A DNA stretch of 64,000 nucleotides from Mobula birostris (GCF_030028105.1 NC_092371.1:97181064-97245063); one strand, 5' to 3'; shown: positions 33,300-47,339, counted from the first letter of the stretch. The notes: generated from the sequence alone by a model not told the origin. A program made the numbers and translations.

Positions 33300-36200
33300 A
33301 GCGCAATGGCTGTGGTATTAATTTTTGTCGACTCTTTGTCCAAGATCTTGGGGCTCCAGACCAACTGGGATTGAGTTGCCTGGGGAACATGCTAACTGCT
33401 GCTGATCTTGCTTCCAATTTGTGTCCATGTGAATAATACGATCACGTTCACAATGAAGTTGTACTATGTTCATAAGTGCTATTTTCCCGAAGCAGGATTC
33501 CAAAAAAAACCCAAAACGACTAATACCGTTATCGTAGCTTTCCCCCATATTACCATTACCGTTACTGTGATCACCAGCAGACATCAGTTTCATTTCCTAA
33601 TCAAAATCTCGTCTTAGTTCTTCATAAATTAGTACTACCATTTCACTCTCCTCAACCACATCGTCTACTACCATGACATCAAATAGATTTGTTGCGAATA
33701 GTCCATCTCCTGCCAACCTAATCTCCATACCTTTCCATCTGTCTAAATGAATATACAAGTGGCCAAAAATACAGTCAACCATTATGAGGCCACTCATCAG
33801 AGGTAATGGAACACTAATCATTGCCGAAAACCTGAAAAGAAGAACATCAAGAGCAGTTTCTGTACTTACCTAACTTCCTGATACTCCCATTAAATTTCAT
33901 CTCCTCTATCCTCCGCTCTCTCTCTCCAGCTTTATTTCCAGAACGTCAGTTGATGAACACAGTCTCCCACCTGTTTCTCTCTTCTATTGACTCAGCCTTG
34001 GCAAGGACGATTGCAAAGACTACCTTGCATTAATCCTCTCTTGATGTTGAAGATGAAGTAAACTACCCTTATCCTCCGTGTGCAAACTAGAACTGGTTGC
34101 CAAAGTCACTGAGGGGATAACTGCACCTTCATCCTCATCGTCATCGATCGCCTGAAGCATAAATCTAAGTGTATCCTATTGGCAATGGGCCTTATGGACC
34201 TCAGGTGTAAGACATTGATTGTCTCCAAGGGGTTCATGTTGGTTAATATGATGCCAATCTAACTTATTAAGAGCAGCGTGGATTTGATAGATTGATGGAC
34301 TGACTCTGTCAATGGAATTAATGGCCTCACAAGTCTCAGATATGTAACCGGTCACATGTAGTGGGGTGCAGCATTATGGGCTTCCTTAATAGTATCGACG
34401 AATTGCTGTACCTCTTTTATCCTTTACAATGCCATCATATTGAGCATTGTAGCCCAACCTAGCCCAACCAGGAATTTGAACCCTCTCATTTCTCTTCTGG
34501 TCATCAACTTGAAAGGTGTAAACCCAGTGGAAGAAACTTCGGTGGTACGGATGATCGGAAGGACATATGGTAAGACAGTGACCCACGTGGTCCTGAGTTA
34601 TTTAGCCATTTTAGCTAACATTGTCTTTAATAGCCTGTTCATCTGTTGAACAGTTCCACCGGATTGGGTTTGATAAGGGATATGGAACCTTGTTTTACCT
34701 CGAAGAGTTTAATCAGATTTTGCATTATCTGTATGGTCAAGTTGTGACTTTCATCTGATTCTAGACTTTTTAGCAATCCACTACGAATAAAAACTCTGGA
34801 ACAAAATCAAAACACTGCTGTAACTTTAGCAGTGTTATTTCTAGTTGTGAAAGTCTCTACCCACTTTGTGAAAGTATCCAGAATCTCCAGGATAGATTTA
34901 ATTCCTCCAGGGGTTGGAAATAAAGGTTCGAAAAAATCAATCAGCAAGGTAACTCATGGTCCTTCTATGGAGCCTGTGTGTCTTAAAACCGCTTTCCTAG
35001 CCAATTTATCTGGGTTATACAGAGTACAAACCAACAGTTCTTACAAAAATGTTCTACATCTCCTCGGATTTTTGCCAGCAACGCAGATTTGTCAACAGTT
35101 GCATAACCTTATCTGCTCCTTGATGCTTACAAATGTCATGGTACCAATACATCATCTGTTTTTTTTTTCAACTTCTGGCAGACCCCCTAGCTTCCTATGA
35201 CAGTCAGTATTCAGTCAATCTATTATAAACGCAAATACTATCTGAGTATATGATTACTCCTGAAGGAAATCTCTCCCTGGATGGCTGGCAGCAAAAGCTA
35301 TTGCAACAAGTTCTGCTGCTTGTGCACTCATTGGCTCAGGTAACTCGATCTCCAATATTTCCTCGTCCTCTACATATATACCACATTCTGTAAGTCTCTC
35401 TGCATTCTGAACTGGTGACGATGCATCAATAAGCATCCTTAAGGGTTTTTAACTTTCCAGTCACATGACTTTATTTTCCTCTTCAGAATTTGATGAGAAT
35501 GAATGGTCCATTCCGTATTTGTACTACGTTCACCTGACACTCATGAGGTTCATGCATATAAGTTAAATTGTTAGCAAGCACTTTGGTACTGTTACCACTT
35601 TTAGCTGTGACAGCACAACCCTCTAATAGCAATGTCCATCGGACTAATCCAGTTTGACTGAATGTTCCAATCTTTAACGGCCATCCAACAAAAGCTAAAT
35701 TGCAGTATGCTCTGGTAAAATGGTAAGTGGATTAATAACCATATTGTGTGAAATGCTTAACTGCCCTAAACAGTGCTAATAGATGACACTGAAGTGTTGT
35801 ATATCCTTCTTTTACTGGAGTAAGCATTCGAGATGCATCCATCACCGGCTCCAGACGACCATGTGTCTCGTAGAGTATCACTGCTGGTATCAAGTTACTG
35901 GTGGGAGCGACCTCCAATGGGCATGGCTCGGAACTGTTTGGGGTCTTAAGAGATGGTGCTTGTGCAAAGCTAGTGTTGAGATCTAAAATTATCTTCTTTG
36001 TGTTCTAGTTTTCATTCCAATGAACAATGTTCTTCAGGAGTTCCATATATGGGTCGGCTTTGGTGGAAAATTCATCTGTGTGGTCTCTCCAAAACCCTAT
36101 CAGACGGAGAAACGACCTCAATCTCCTCATATCAATGGGGAGAGGTAGTTTAGCCACTACATTCACAAGATGTTTATCTGTCCCTCTTCTCCCGTGGACT

Positions 36201-37250
36201 ATGACCACTCCCAAGTAACTGAAATGTCGCTTCATGGTTTGACCATTTTTTTTAGGTAAACCTCCAAAGCCATCTCCTGTAACAGTTGCAGTAGTTCTTT
36301 AAATAACTCATAACGCTCCTTTTAGGACTTTACCTATAACAGTCGAACATTTACATATTGAATGAAGCACTGTGGAACTGAAAAGGCTTTCAGCCAACTA
36401 GCCAACCATTTATGAAAAATAGATGGAGAATTATGAATTCCTCGTGGCGAAACTGTCCACGTATACCGTTGTGCTTTCCAAGTGAAAGCAACTTTATATT
36501 GACACTCTCTTTTCAATAGGACAGAGCATATTCCATTACTTACATCCAGTAGTACTCCGGTATTTTCCTTAATCATAGTCTCAGAACCTACGCCTACAGT
36601 AGAGGCAGTTAAAGGAATAACTTTATTCAATTCCTGGTCATCAATGGCAAGTTCCCAACTTTCATAGGATTTTTCAACAGGTCATGTGGGCGAATAATTT
36701 GTATATGTTATTTCCTGCAAAGCTCCCTGTGTTAACAAAGTCTGAATTATTCTCTCTGCATCTACCTCTGCTTGTCTTGGAAATTAGCATTGCTTCTGGG
36801 GTTTCGGATCAGGGTGCCTGGTAATTTAAGATGATTTGTCTGGCCTTTCAGCCCTCCATCATATCTTCTGCCTTCATTCTGTCCTCTTATTATCCGACTG
36901 TAACGTCAATAAGGACCTGCTCTGTATCAACATTAAATTGCAAATTAATCAGATCAAAAATCAAAACTACTTTCTTAATGAAATCACTTCCCAAAAAATG
37001 TTCCTGAGCAGTCCGTAACATGGAAAAGATCTGTTATGTATTTGTATTTTTGGTACAGCGTACAAAGGGAAATAGAAGATCCAATAATGTCCAGCAGAAG
37101 ATATAATGACAAGTATTCGGTCCAAAGAACAGTGATATAACTTCACAAGGAATAAGAAACATTATCAGACCCATGGACGTGGAGCAATTTAGAATTTAAC
37201 AGCAATAATAACAACAACAGAAAAACAAATGATAGATAAAGAGAAAACAT
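33300..37250 (-). mobile_element. Degenerate retrovirus-like LTR retroelement pol (RT - RH/tether - second RNase H - integrase) with downstream ORF remnants
   Basis: RT: KVAFTW..RYTWTV.P.G..NSPSIF..QYV(D/N). RH1: GYTTLQCHLLALFRAVKHF. RH2: IDASS..SAQAAELVAI. Integrase: QSGGTVQQMNRLLKTML..TWVTVLPYVL..IRTT..TGFTPFKLMT, then DRVSPSIYQI..HINQ. No LTRs identified. Confidence 0.8.
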
Positions 37251-37997
37251 TGCCTATAAAAGCAAACTTGCAATGGCATAAGAAGATTACAAATGCATCT
37301 GCAAGCAGATAAAATATCGGACATATGAGTTGCTCACAATGACTACGCAACAGATACATAAAGAGGAACAGCGAAACCTCTGTACTATTTTAACTGGAAA
37401 TATCATAGAAAAACCTCCCAGTAATGCATGGAACCACTAAACAATTAGAAGCACAAAATAAAGAATATTAGTAATAATAAATCTGCCTTTCATGAGGGAT
37501 CTGATGTTCCAGGCCTCAAAACCCACCCCCACAAATACACAACGCAGAACATGAATCCTATAACATCGACGCAAGAAAACATGAACATTTCGACTGAATT
37601 ACAGGTTCTGTAAGCCACTGAAGACATTGAAGCTCGGCAAATATGATCGGACAATGTAAAATGGGAGAGAGAGAAGGAAAACAAGGAAGTAGAGACTAAG
37701 TCATGTTAACTTCGGAAATATTGATGTCTATTGTAAAGATTGTGATATTCAGATACTTAATGGAACTAGACAAATTTAACATAGATTTATGAAAGTGAAA
37801 TTTGTTTGACAAACTAGTTGGAGTTTATTTTTTCAGAAGGTGGAACTCTTTGGATAGACAATGGAGAATAGGTGGGTCTGATTTCTGTGAATTGTTAAAA
37901 GTACAGATTCTGGTCTATAATTCAGTTAAGGCTCCTGCAGGCGAGCCGAAACTTCTTCCCTGCATCATAGTCTAATCGATTATCATCCAGCTGTGTA

Positions 37998-39485
37998 TGT
38001 CACAATGGGGACGTTGGGAACGGACCCAAATGCAAGACACAGGCACTGAAGTATAAGGAACAGGACTTGACTAGAGTAGGGACGTGACAGGATACAGAGA
38101 AGGAGCAGGGACAAGAACGCAGACTTGGGCTAGGACATGGACAGGACAGGGAACCCGGACAAGGAACTATGCACTAGGTGCCTGGGCTTGGGCTTCGAGC
38201 TAGAGACTGGACAAGGACCCAGAACCTGGGTCTTGCCTCGGGCTCGGGCCCCAGAACCAGGCAAGGACATGATATGACTACAGGACAGGACATGGCTGGC
38301 GGCTAGAGGCCGGGGTCTCGGCTCTCGAGGCTAGAGGCCGGGGTCTCGGCTCTCGAGGCTAGAGGCCGGGGTCTCGGCTCTCGAGGCTAGAGGCCGGGGT
38401 CTCGGCTCTCGAGGCTAGAGGCCGGGGTCTCGGCTCTCGAGGCTAGAGGCCGGGGTCTCGGCTCTCGAGGCTAGAGGCCGGGGTCTCGGCTCTCGAGGCT
38501 AGAGGCCGGGGTCTCGGCTCTCGAGGCTAGAGGCCGGGGTCTCGGCTCTCGAGGCTAGAGGCCGGGGTCTCGGCTCTCGAGGCTAGAGGCCGGGGTCTCG
38601 GCTCTCGAGGCTAGAGGCCGGGGTCTCGGCTCTCGAGGCTAGAGGCCGGGGTCTCGGCTCTCGAGGCTAGAGGCCGGGGTCTCGGCTCTCGAGGCTAGAG
38701 GCCGGGGTCTCGGCTCTCGAGGCTAGAGGCCGGGGTCTCGGCTCTTGGAATGTGGAGGCTGATAACTTGGGGGCTGCAGCTCGGAGACAGACTAGGAACT
38801 ATACATCAACATAGAGCTGGGACTTATCCTCCGAAAAGCCGGGTCTCATCATTAACACGACACCAACATGAGACAGGACAGTACATACACGTAGAGCCGG
38901 GACTTATACTTCGACAAGCCGGGACTCAACTTCTTCTCCACACCAAGTTGGGACAGGACTATCCGTCGGGTAACGACAGAACGGCCGGACTTACCCCACA
39001 GAAGCGAGGACAAGAAGAGACAAACACCAAAGAACGACAGACAATTCCATCTCTGCATCGGGTTGCTCCGAGTAGCAGTTACGGCCAGCAACCTCGGCTG
39101 GCTACGGGAACAGCCAGATCCCTACTTAGCTTGGAGTGGCTGACGTCCACTCAGCTGGCCCAGGAAATGGCCGAATACATACCTCAAAGACAGTTCCGAC
39201 TACTGACAGCAAGGTTCCATGAGGGGATGGCTTCCCAACGCGGCCTAAAGATGGCAAGTGGCCGCTCTGGACTTCCACCAGCAGGTTGCTCCCAGGGGAT
39301 CTTGACAAGACAAATCAGCAGACCACACTCAACCCTAAGGCTATTTATATTGCAAGCCCCAAGATGGAAATCAGGTGCCTATGATTAACTCAAAGAAAAC
39401 AAGGGGCAGCTGGAAGACCCGGAGTCCGGACTCCACGGAGCGGACCGTAAACCGGAATGTGGACTTCCCGGCCCGAACAATGACA
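37998..39485 (-). mobile_element. Solo LTR (related to the Gypsy LTR family at 15.3/20.2 kb) with 5-bp TSD
   Basis: tgtcacaatgg..ggacccaaatgcaagacac...aatgaca (TG...CA), flanked by GTGTA at 37993-37997 and 39486-39490. The start resembles cccaaacgcaggacac in the Gypsy LTR. Confidence 0.85.
38303..38745. repeat. Perfect 28-bp GC-rich minisatellite, about 15.8 copies
   Basis: Unit CTAGAGGCCGGGGTCTCGGCTCTCGAGG starts at 38303, 38331 ... 38723, with no spacers and no variant units seen. Confidence 0.97.
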
Positions 39486-40199
39486 GTGTATCAGGTCCCA
39501 GCGGCGGGATGGTCAGACGAAAGCAAGGGTTCTCATCTGAACTTCCATGAAACCCTAGGGTTCCACGAGAGGTAGGCAGGAGTTCCGCGGGAGATCGTGA
39601 TTAATAAAAATAACCATCGTTTCTTGAACTTCGCGCAAAACACAATGCTAGCACTCGCAGTGGTGGGCAGTGTCCGAACAGTCCCGTTAGCAATCTTGTC
39701 AGACGTCTCCCAGCACAGTTCAGCTGTGCGCAGTAGGACCATGTTATTTGGTTTGAGTTATTTCTCAGTTTTTCATATGAGATAGGGGAAGCCGTTGATA
39801 ATTGCTTAGCTCTGTATTACAAGGAGGGGAGGACGAGAGGCTGATGATTTTCTAGCGCTGTATTGCACGGAGTGGAGGTCGGTGGGCTGCTATGTATGTG
39901 CGCTGTACTGTACGGAAGGCAGGTCAGTAGGCTGATAATTGGTCAGCGCTGTATTGCACGGAGGGAAGGTCTGTTGGCTTTTGAGGAGCATGAAGTGCGT
40001 TTTATGTGCATTGAATGGTCTCGCCCAACTTGGGCTGTGATGTCACTCTCTCCCATCCGAACTACCAACCACCCAAAACAAAACTCCCCTTAATTGCTTC
40101 TTAACGTCCCTTTTTATTAGTCCCTGTGTTTTACGGACATGTTTGCTGGTCCAATCCGGCTATTTTGGAAGAGGAGGATTCTAGGCCTGTACCTATGTA

Positions 40200-42720
40200 C
40201 AATTCTGATAAAGTTAATGATGAAGGATTATATTCCTCTAAATTAATGCCCTGCACTAGTGCACTAACAGACAGAAACAAGACCGTCTTTACAACGAAAG
40301 TTACTTTATCAATCAGTTCTATATGGATTGGTGATCCAAGTTGTTGTATTCCATTGTGCCCAGTCTGTAGCAGACAACTTACACATCGTCTCCAGCAAAC
40401 TAGAAAGGACACTTCACTGCAAATCATTGCCAAGTGATGCGTAAAAGTGCTGATTATTTTAAAGAACTATTTGAGTCTTAAAACAATCAGTGTAAAACTT
40501 TTGACAACAAAGCCAAATTCAGAAAAATAGCAGGCAAGCTATTTAGTAGGAGAACTTATTATCCAGAAAAGGAAAAGTCACACAGTTGGTGAGAACCTTT
40601 TAATGTCAGCATTTACAATTATAATGTGTAAAATGCTACGACAAGATGGAGTGCGATAAATTGAACAGAATTCAGGCTCAAACAGTGCGATAAGTCGATG
40701 TATTGACGACATGTCACATGATGCTGAAGATGTTTCGTGTGATAAACTGGAAAACAAGAACCTCGCTGTTGTTGTGTGCATGAAGTAACTGGAGAAACGT
40801 AGTGTTAGATACAAAGCAGTTTCTATAATCGACAAAACCAGGTACAACAAGCCTTGTATGGAGACCCTTTTTGTTAAAAGGTCTCGCTGGCCTATCTTGG
40901 GGTTTGGCATTTTAAATGCCAAACATCAAAGGACAATTCCATATTTATAAAGTACAGAAAATGCTTTCTTTGAAACTACATACAAACTTCACACCTGCAG
41001 AATCACCTCCACAGCACAGACATCGAATTTTAATCAGGATTGCCTGATCTGAGATTCACGGCTTTTAGGAACCCGTTGTTCAAAGCTGCACTCCAAATTA
41101 ATTCCGCAATGCATATTCAGATGTGAAGACTGATAGCCAAAGCCATTTGCTAAATGTAAATATGCTAGACCGAAAAAATTGTTCTAACATTCACTATCTA
41201 GGATGATGAATCAAAAGGCTTCACCAATAAATGTCACGTTGTAGCATTTGTAAGATTTATAAATGTTGGTGAAATTTCAGAAAACCTTTTCTCTTGCAAA
41301 GAGCTGCCCGAAACAAGCAAACGCCAACATATATTTAATGTTTCGTCTTCATATCTGGAAACAAAAGGTCTGTCTTGGAGGAATTGTGTGGGTATCCGTA
41401 CTGGTCGTGTCTCATCAATGCCTGGCTCCACGAGACGTTTTGTTTCTCTTGCTAAAAATGATGATAGTCCTAACGTTGTCACAACTTACTGCTTTCTTCA
41501 CAGTGAGGTGCTGATTTCAAAAACTCTTTACGATAAAATTGGAAATGTTCTGGACGACGCTACAGAAGTGATTAACTTTACCAAACAAAGACCAGTTCAC
41601 CCGAGAATGTTTCAAAACCTCTGTGAAGACCTGGACAAAGAGCACGCCAGTCTGCTGCTACATACAGAAATCCAGTGTCTTTACAGAGGAACAGTTGTCA
41701 ACAGGGTGCTTGAGCTGAAAGGTGAATTGCAGGAGTTCTTTACGGAAAATAGTAGGCCAAATGTTGCCGGGAGTTTTAGAAACATAGAAACATAGCAAAC
41801 CTACAGCACAATACGAGCATTTCGGCCCACAAAGCTGTGCCAAACATGTCCTTACCTGAGAAATTACCTCAGGTTACACATAGCCCTCTATTTTTCTGAG
41901 CTCCATATACCTGTCCAGGCGTCTCTTAAAAGACCCTATCGTATCCGCCTCCACCACCGTCGCTGGCAGCCGATTCCACGCACTCACCACCTTCTGCGTA
42001 AAAAACTTACCCCCTGATATCTCCTCTGTACCTACTTCCAAACACCCTAAAACTATACCCTCTCGTGCTAGCCATTGCAGCCCTGGGAAGCAGTCTCTGA
42101 CTTTGAAGATGATGAATGGCTGCAGAAAGTAACCTACTTAGTCGACATGTTTCAACATATGAACCAGCTGAACAAGCCTCTGCAAGGTCCTGGAGAAAAT
42201 GTTTTGAATTCAAGTGACAGGATTCTTGGATTTAAAAGAAAACTGAGTCTTCGGAGCAATCATGCTGCAAAAAGAAATCTTGAAATACTTCCACTGCTGC
42301 TTGGGCTTGAGAGTGAGGAAGAATATTAGAAAGTCTGGAGTCATCTGGAAGAACTGCAGAAGAAAATTGAGCAGTATATTTCCTCCCTTTCAACACAAGT
42401 ATATGACTGGGTGAGGGACTCTTTCTCTGAATCTTCTGCTCAGCCTGAGAAATTGACTTTGAGGGAAGAGGAAGAACTTTGTAGACAGCAGTCTGACCAT
42501 GCATTCAAGGTGAGATTTACTGATCTGCCCCTGGAAACGTTCTGGATTTCTGTGAAGAAGAGGTTCCTGGCAGTCATAGGAAAGCAATGAACATAGTCCT
42601 GTAGTTTGCAACTTCCTACATCATTCAGCAAGCTTTTTCTTGTTTAACAAGAATGAAGAGCAAGGATAGAAATCGTCTTCTTTTAGTTGAAGATAAAATC
42701 CATTTCAGTTGAAGGTGAAA
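40200..42720 (+). mobile_element. Degenerate hAT (Buster/Charlie; ZBED5/SCAND3-like) transposase
   Basis: VLDDATEVINFTKQRPVHPRMFQNLCEDLDKEHASLLLHTEIQCLYRG..RVLELKGEL and FEDDEWLQKVTYLVDMFQHMNQLNKPLQG. Split by a CR1 tail at 41780-42090. Confidence 0.85.
41780..42090 (-). mobile_element. CR1 LINE 3' end inserted in the hAT transposase
   Basis: HGYSFRVFGSRYRGDIRG-like C-terminus, with a tail whose plus strand reads aacatagaaacatag. Confidence 0.8.
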
Positions 42721-44089
42721 TTTGAATTAGTATATCTACAACTTACTGATCACGCTAACATACCATGAGCTGAGATATAATATTTTTTATGCAGGGATTC
42801 CCTGACATCCTGAAAATCATTTAAATGGTTCCTCCAGAGAGTATAAGGCTGTATATTCGTGAGGAAATGCCTCGATTAGGAATCAGCGCTAATTTCAGGC
42901 CCATTGAAGTCTCAATCTATGGACGAAGTTCCGACAGGAGAACTACTAACTGCTTGAAACCTATTAAATTCTCCCAGCTTATGAATCAGAATTACTCCAT
43001 ATAGTATACTATGTGGAAGAAAGATTGTCATAAGAAGCGATCTATACATTTACGCTGCGAACCACAATACTGTTAAAAGTTGGCCAGATCCAAGACTGAT
43101 CATACAGAAAATGACGTGGAGGAAACAAAACTTTGACTGCCATAAATGCATTGATTTAATACATCGTTGACAACGTTATGTACTACATAATCTTTGTTAT
43201 CTGGCATTAAGCATGAGCTAAATGATTTGGATGAAAAACAGTATTATCTCATTTAAGCAAGGTGTCGTTATGATCCTTTGGACTATAACATATTCCAACA
43301 AAATCTTACCGTTTCTACAGTCCTAATATTTCCACTGAAATTCGACCAACAATCGGCAAATGAACCTGGATAGCATGTGTCAACGAGGATAACTAGAAGT
43401 AACAGTTACGCGGCTGCTAATGCATAGAAGTAAAATTTTATGCACTGATGTTTGCCATCCACGTTCCGTAAGCCTCAACAATTCGGTGAGATGGGAGATG
43501 TAATTCCATGAACACTGTGTATAAAAGAAAAAAAAGAATGCTAACATAAGAAAGACTGAATATTTGCCAAAACTCTCCAGCATGAAATTCCAATTACATG
43601 CATGATTTCACCCTCCACCGAAGATCCCAGCTAACAGAGGTTCCAGTGTTTAGCCAACACTCTGCGATTATTAATAAATATAGGCCACACTAGAAAAACA
43701 GGACATTGACAACATCCTGACTGTCGTTACGTTCCTGACGTTTTTGAAGAAAAAATCTTGTGATGCATCTAATTGCTGTTTGTATGTCTGTATTCTAAAT
43801 CTGAAGTAACAGAGAATAGATAGGGAGTTTGTGGCTGGTGACTATTCTTTGCCACGACGTAACGTGGCTGGACCAGGGCAAGCAATTGGGGAAGTTCAGT
43901 CCCAGGAGCTTCAAGCTACCCTCTCAAATGTGTACCGCGACTTCCACTCTCTGAAGCGTTTTTTCTTTTGTGTTTTTAAGGTCTTTTGTTTTGTTGACAT
44001 TAAGGAAAATGTGTGGTTACGGCATCATGTCACTAAGTTCTCTATCTCCTTCATGTACAGCGAATGATCGTTATTGGAAATGCGACATA

Positions 44090-45290
44090 TTACAGTGGTA
44101 ACATCTGCAAACTTGCAGATAAGAGTTAGAGCAGAATCTGCAACGCAGACATGAGTGTCCAGGGAGGAGAATAACGGGCTAACGACGCAACCTTGTGGCG
44201 TACCAGTGTTTTGAATAATTGTGGCGGAGGTGCTGCGGCCTCTCCTTAATGACTGCAGTCTATTGGTCAGAAAGTCAAGGATACCATTGCAGAAGCAGGC
44301 ATTAATTCTCAGTGCGCTGGGTTTTACTGATGAGTATTGAAGGCAGGACTTTAGTCAATACAATAAACAATAGCCTTTACTCTTCAAATGCTACAGAGTT
44401 ACATATAGGTTTAGTGGGATGCATCCTCCATAGACCCGTATCGGCCTTGGTCAGATTGCAGCGGTTCGAGTTTATCTGGATAGCTGGGGTTGATGCGTGC
44501 CATGAGCAGCTATATGAAGCACTGCTTAGGAAATGTTACAGCTACTGAGTTGTAGTGGTTAAGACACCCTATCGTGCTTTCCTTTGCTACCAGAGTGTCA
44601 GTGGTCTTCTTAAAGGAGGAGGAGGTTAAAATGTCTGCAAATACCTCTGCCGTCTGATCCGCTCAGGATCTAAGTACACAGCCAGAAGCACCACCCGGGC
44701 TAGAGGCTTTACGTGGGTTCATCCTCTGGAAGCCTGATCTTACGTCCGCGACCGTGCCGGTAGATTCATTTGCATCATGCATCATCTCACTCCCTTCAGC
44801 ATGAAACCTGGATAGAATCTGTGGAATTCTTCTGGAAAGGCTGTGCTATTTTCGGCGATGCTGCCCATTTGGTTGTGTAATCCTTTAAAATCTGTAAGGA
44901 CTATCATAGCTGACAGCTGGACCGAGACTCGACTGTGGACTGGTATAGTCTCTTAACATCTTTATGGAAGTTACAGTTTGATTTCTTATAGGGTCAGGGT
45001 TATAGGATTACAATGTTGCAGGCCTACACATCAGAAGAGAGTGGATCTCCCGGTTCACCCGTCGTTTCCGGTTTGGGAATATTTGGGTGTCCTCTCTAAT
45101 ACACAGTCCTCAACACACTTTCTGATAAAATCTGTGGAGGTAGTGACATCCTCATGTAGACTGGAGGCTGAGTCTGTGATCGTTGTCCAGTTTACCAACT
45201 CAAAACATTCACGTAGAATGTAGTCTGTTTCCTGAGACCACTGCTGCATGACATTCTGTTCTGGTTCCTCCCGTTTCGGCTTCATATTTC
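44090..45290 (-). mobile_element. Rex1/Babar-type LINE fragment (paralog fragment 63690-64000)
   Basis: NTGTPQGCVVSP-like motif and LRECFELVNWTTITDSASSLHEDVTTSTDFIRKCVEDCV. Confidence 0.75.
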
Positions 45291-45960
45291 GACAAAGCTT
45301 CTGTTCCTAAATACAGCTTCTGTTGTTAATATTGTTGCTGAAGTAGCGAAATGGTTATTAAGTGTGTTTTGGTCTACTTGCTGATGGAATATAAGTCTTT
45401 GTTGTTATTAATTGCAGAATTGCCTAACCATTAAAATGCATACACAACTATTTAACGGGGCGGTTCAGGAGAGGACTTTGACTTTGACTGATGTACGTTT
45501 TATGTAATACGTTTCTGCCATCTGCTGGTCAAGTCGCAGATGCCGGAAAACACAGATGCTGTATTGGGAGTTCCATGAAAATCTGTCTGTGTGTACCAAG
45601 TAACATCTGACTTGAATTTTGGAAATCTACCTAAACGCGAATAACTGGAACTTACCAGCGACCCTCTTCAGAGAATTCCATAGAGTCCTCAGAAATAAAG
45701 TTCTATGTCGAGTTCACGTGAGGCCCAGCAGTGAAGGATAAAATCATTAACATCAGAGACCGATAATCTGGTAACCTAATTAAGAGCGAACAACTGAATG
45801 AAAGGGCACGGTTGCGCGGGTAAAATTATCAGCCTAACAATATTCAATAGTTTTGCATTAACTCAACATATTTTACAGCTTTAAAATATATACAAAGGCT
45901 GATTAGCCACTAATTAAATTTCTCAATAGCATTCCTTTAAATTTTATTCTACTTTTCAGT

Positions 45961-47090
45961 TCTCACGGTAGGCTTATTCAGAAAGTTAGAAGGCATGGGA
46001 TCCAGGGAAGTTTGGCCAGGTGGATTCAGAATTGGCTTGCCTGCAAAAGGCAGAGGGTGGTGGTGGAAGGAGTACATTCAGATTGGAGGATTGTGACTAG
46101 TGGTGTCCCACAAGGATCTGTTCTGGGACCTCTACTTTTCGTGATTTTTATTAACGACCTGGATGTGGGGGTAGAAGGGTGGGTTGGCAAGTTTGCAGAC
46201 GACACAAAGGTTGGTGGTGTTGTAGATAGTGTAGAGGATTGTCAAAGATTGCAGAGAGACATTGATAGGATGCAGAAGTGGGCTGAGAAGTGGCAGATGG
46301 AGTTCAACCCGGAGAAGTGTGAGGTGGTACACTTTGGAAGGACAAACTCCAAGGCAGAGTACAAAGTAAATGACAGGATACTTGGTAGAGTGGAGGAGCA
46401 GAGGGATCTCGGGGTACATGTCCACAGATCCCTGAAAGTTGCCTCACAGGTGGATAGGGTAGTTAAGAAAACTTATGGGGTGTTAGCTTTCATAAGTCGA
46501 GGGACAGAGTTTAAGAGTCGCGAAGTAATGATGCAGCTCTATAAAACTCTAGTTAGGCCTCACATGTAGTATTGTGACCAGTTCTGGTCACCTCACTATA
46601 GGAAGGATGTGGAAGCATTGGAAAGGGTACAGAGGAGATTTACCAGGATGCTGCCTGGTTTAGAAAGTATGCATTATGATCAGAGATGAAGGGAGCTAGG
46701 GCTTTACTCTTTGGAGAGAAGGAGGATGAGAGGAGACATGATAGAGGTGTACAAGATAATAAGAGGAATAGATAGAGTGGATAGCCAGCTCCTCATCCCC
46801 AGCGCACCACTGCTCAATACAAGAGGACATGGCATTAAGGTAAGGGGTGGGAAGTTCAAGGGGGATATTAGAGGAAGGTATTTTACTCAGAGAGTGGTTG
46901 GTGCGTGGAATGCACTGCCTGAGTCAGTGGTGGAGGCAGATACACTAGTGAAGTTTAAGAGTCTACTAGACAGGTATATGGAGGAATCTAAGTTGGGGGC
47001 TTATATGGGAGGCAGGGTTTGAGGGTCGGCACAACATTGTGGGCCGAAGGGCCTGTACTGTGCTGTACTATTCTATGTTCTATGTCTATG
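45961..47090 (+). mobile_element. 5'-truncated CR1-type LINE (RT C-terminal half), relatively young
   Basis: VTSGVPQGSVLGPLLFVIFINDLD..KFADDTK..QMEFNPEKCEVVHFG and a ttctatgttctatg tail. Only two in-frame stops seen. Confidence 0.95.
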
Positions 47091-47339
47091 AGAGATTTCA
47101 AGTTCTTCTGCGTGTCAGGAACATTCAGCGGCATCATGCGTTCTTGAGGGGTTGCATTACTGAGAAAACTTCAAGACCTTTCAGAGACTTGCCATTGCAG
47201 ATTACAATATATCAACGAGCACGACAGCATTAGGAGTTCACAGACAATAAGTCCGAACTTAACTGTAAATTGTTCACCTGCGTAGCTGGCATGCCACTCG
47301 TAACGTATCCGAACCTGGTTCTCAGGGCAACACATTAAC

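Noticed and set aside
38303-38745. 28-bp direct repeats as a CRISPR array
   Set aside because: The units are contiguous with no spacers, sit inside a vertebrate solo LTR, and no cas genes are present.
38750-39388. 212-aa plus-strand ORF
   Set aside because: Entirely within the GC-rich solo LTR, low-information sequence with no recognisable domain.
41499-41526. RSS-like CACAGTG + 11/12 nt + (t)caaaaact
   Set aside because: It lies within hAT transposase codons (FLHSEVLISKTL), far from any V or J end, so it is most likely coincidental.
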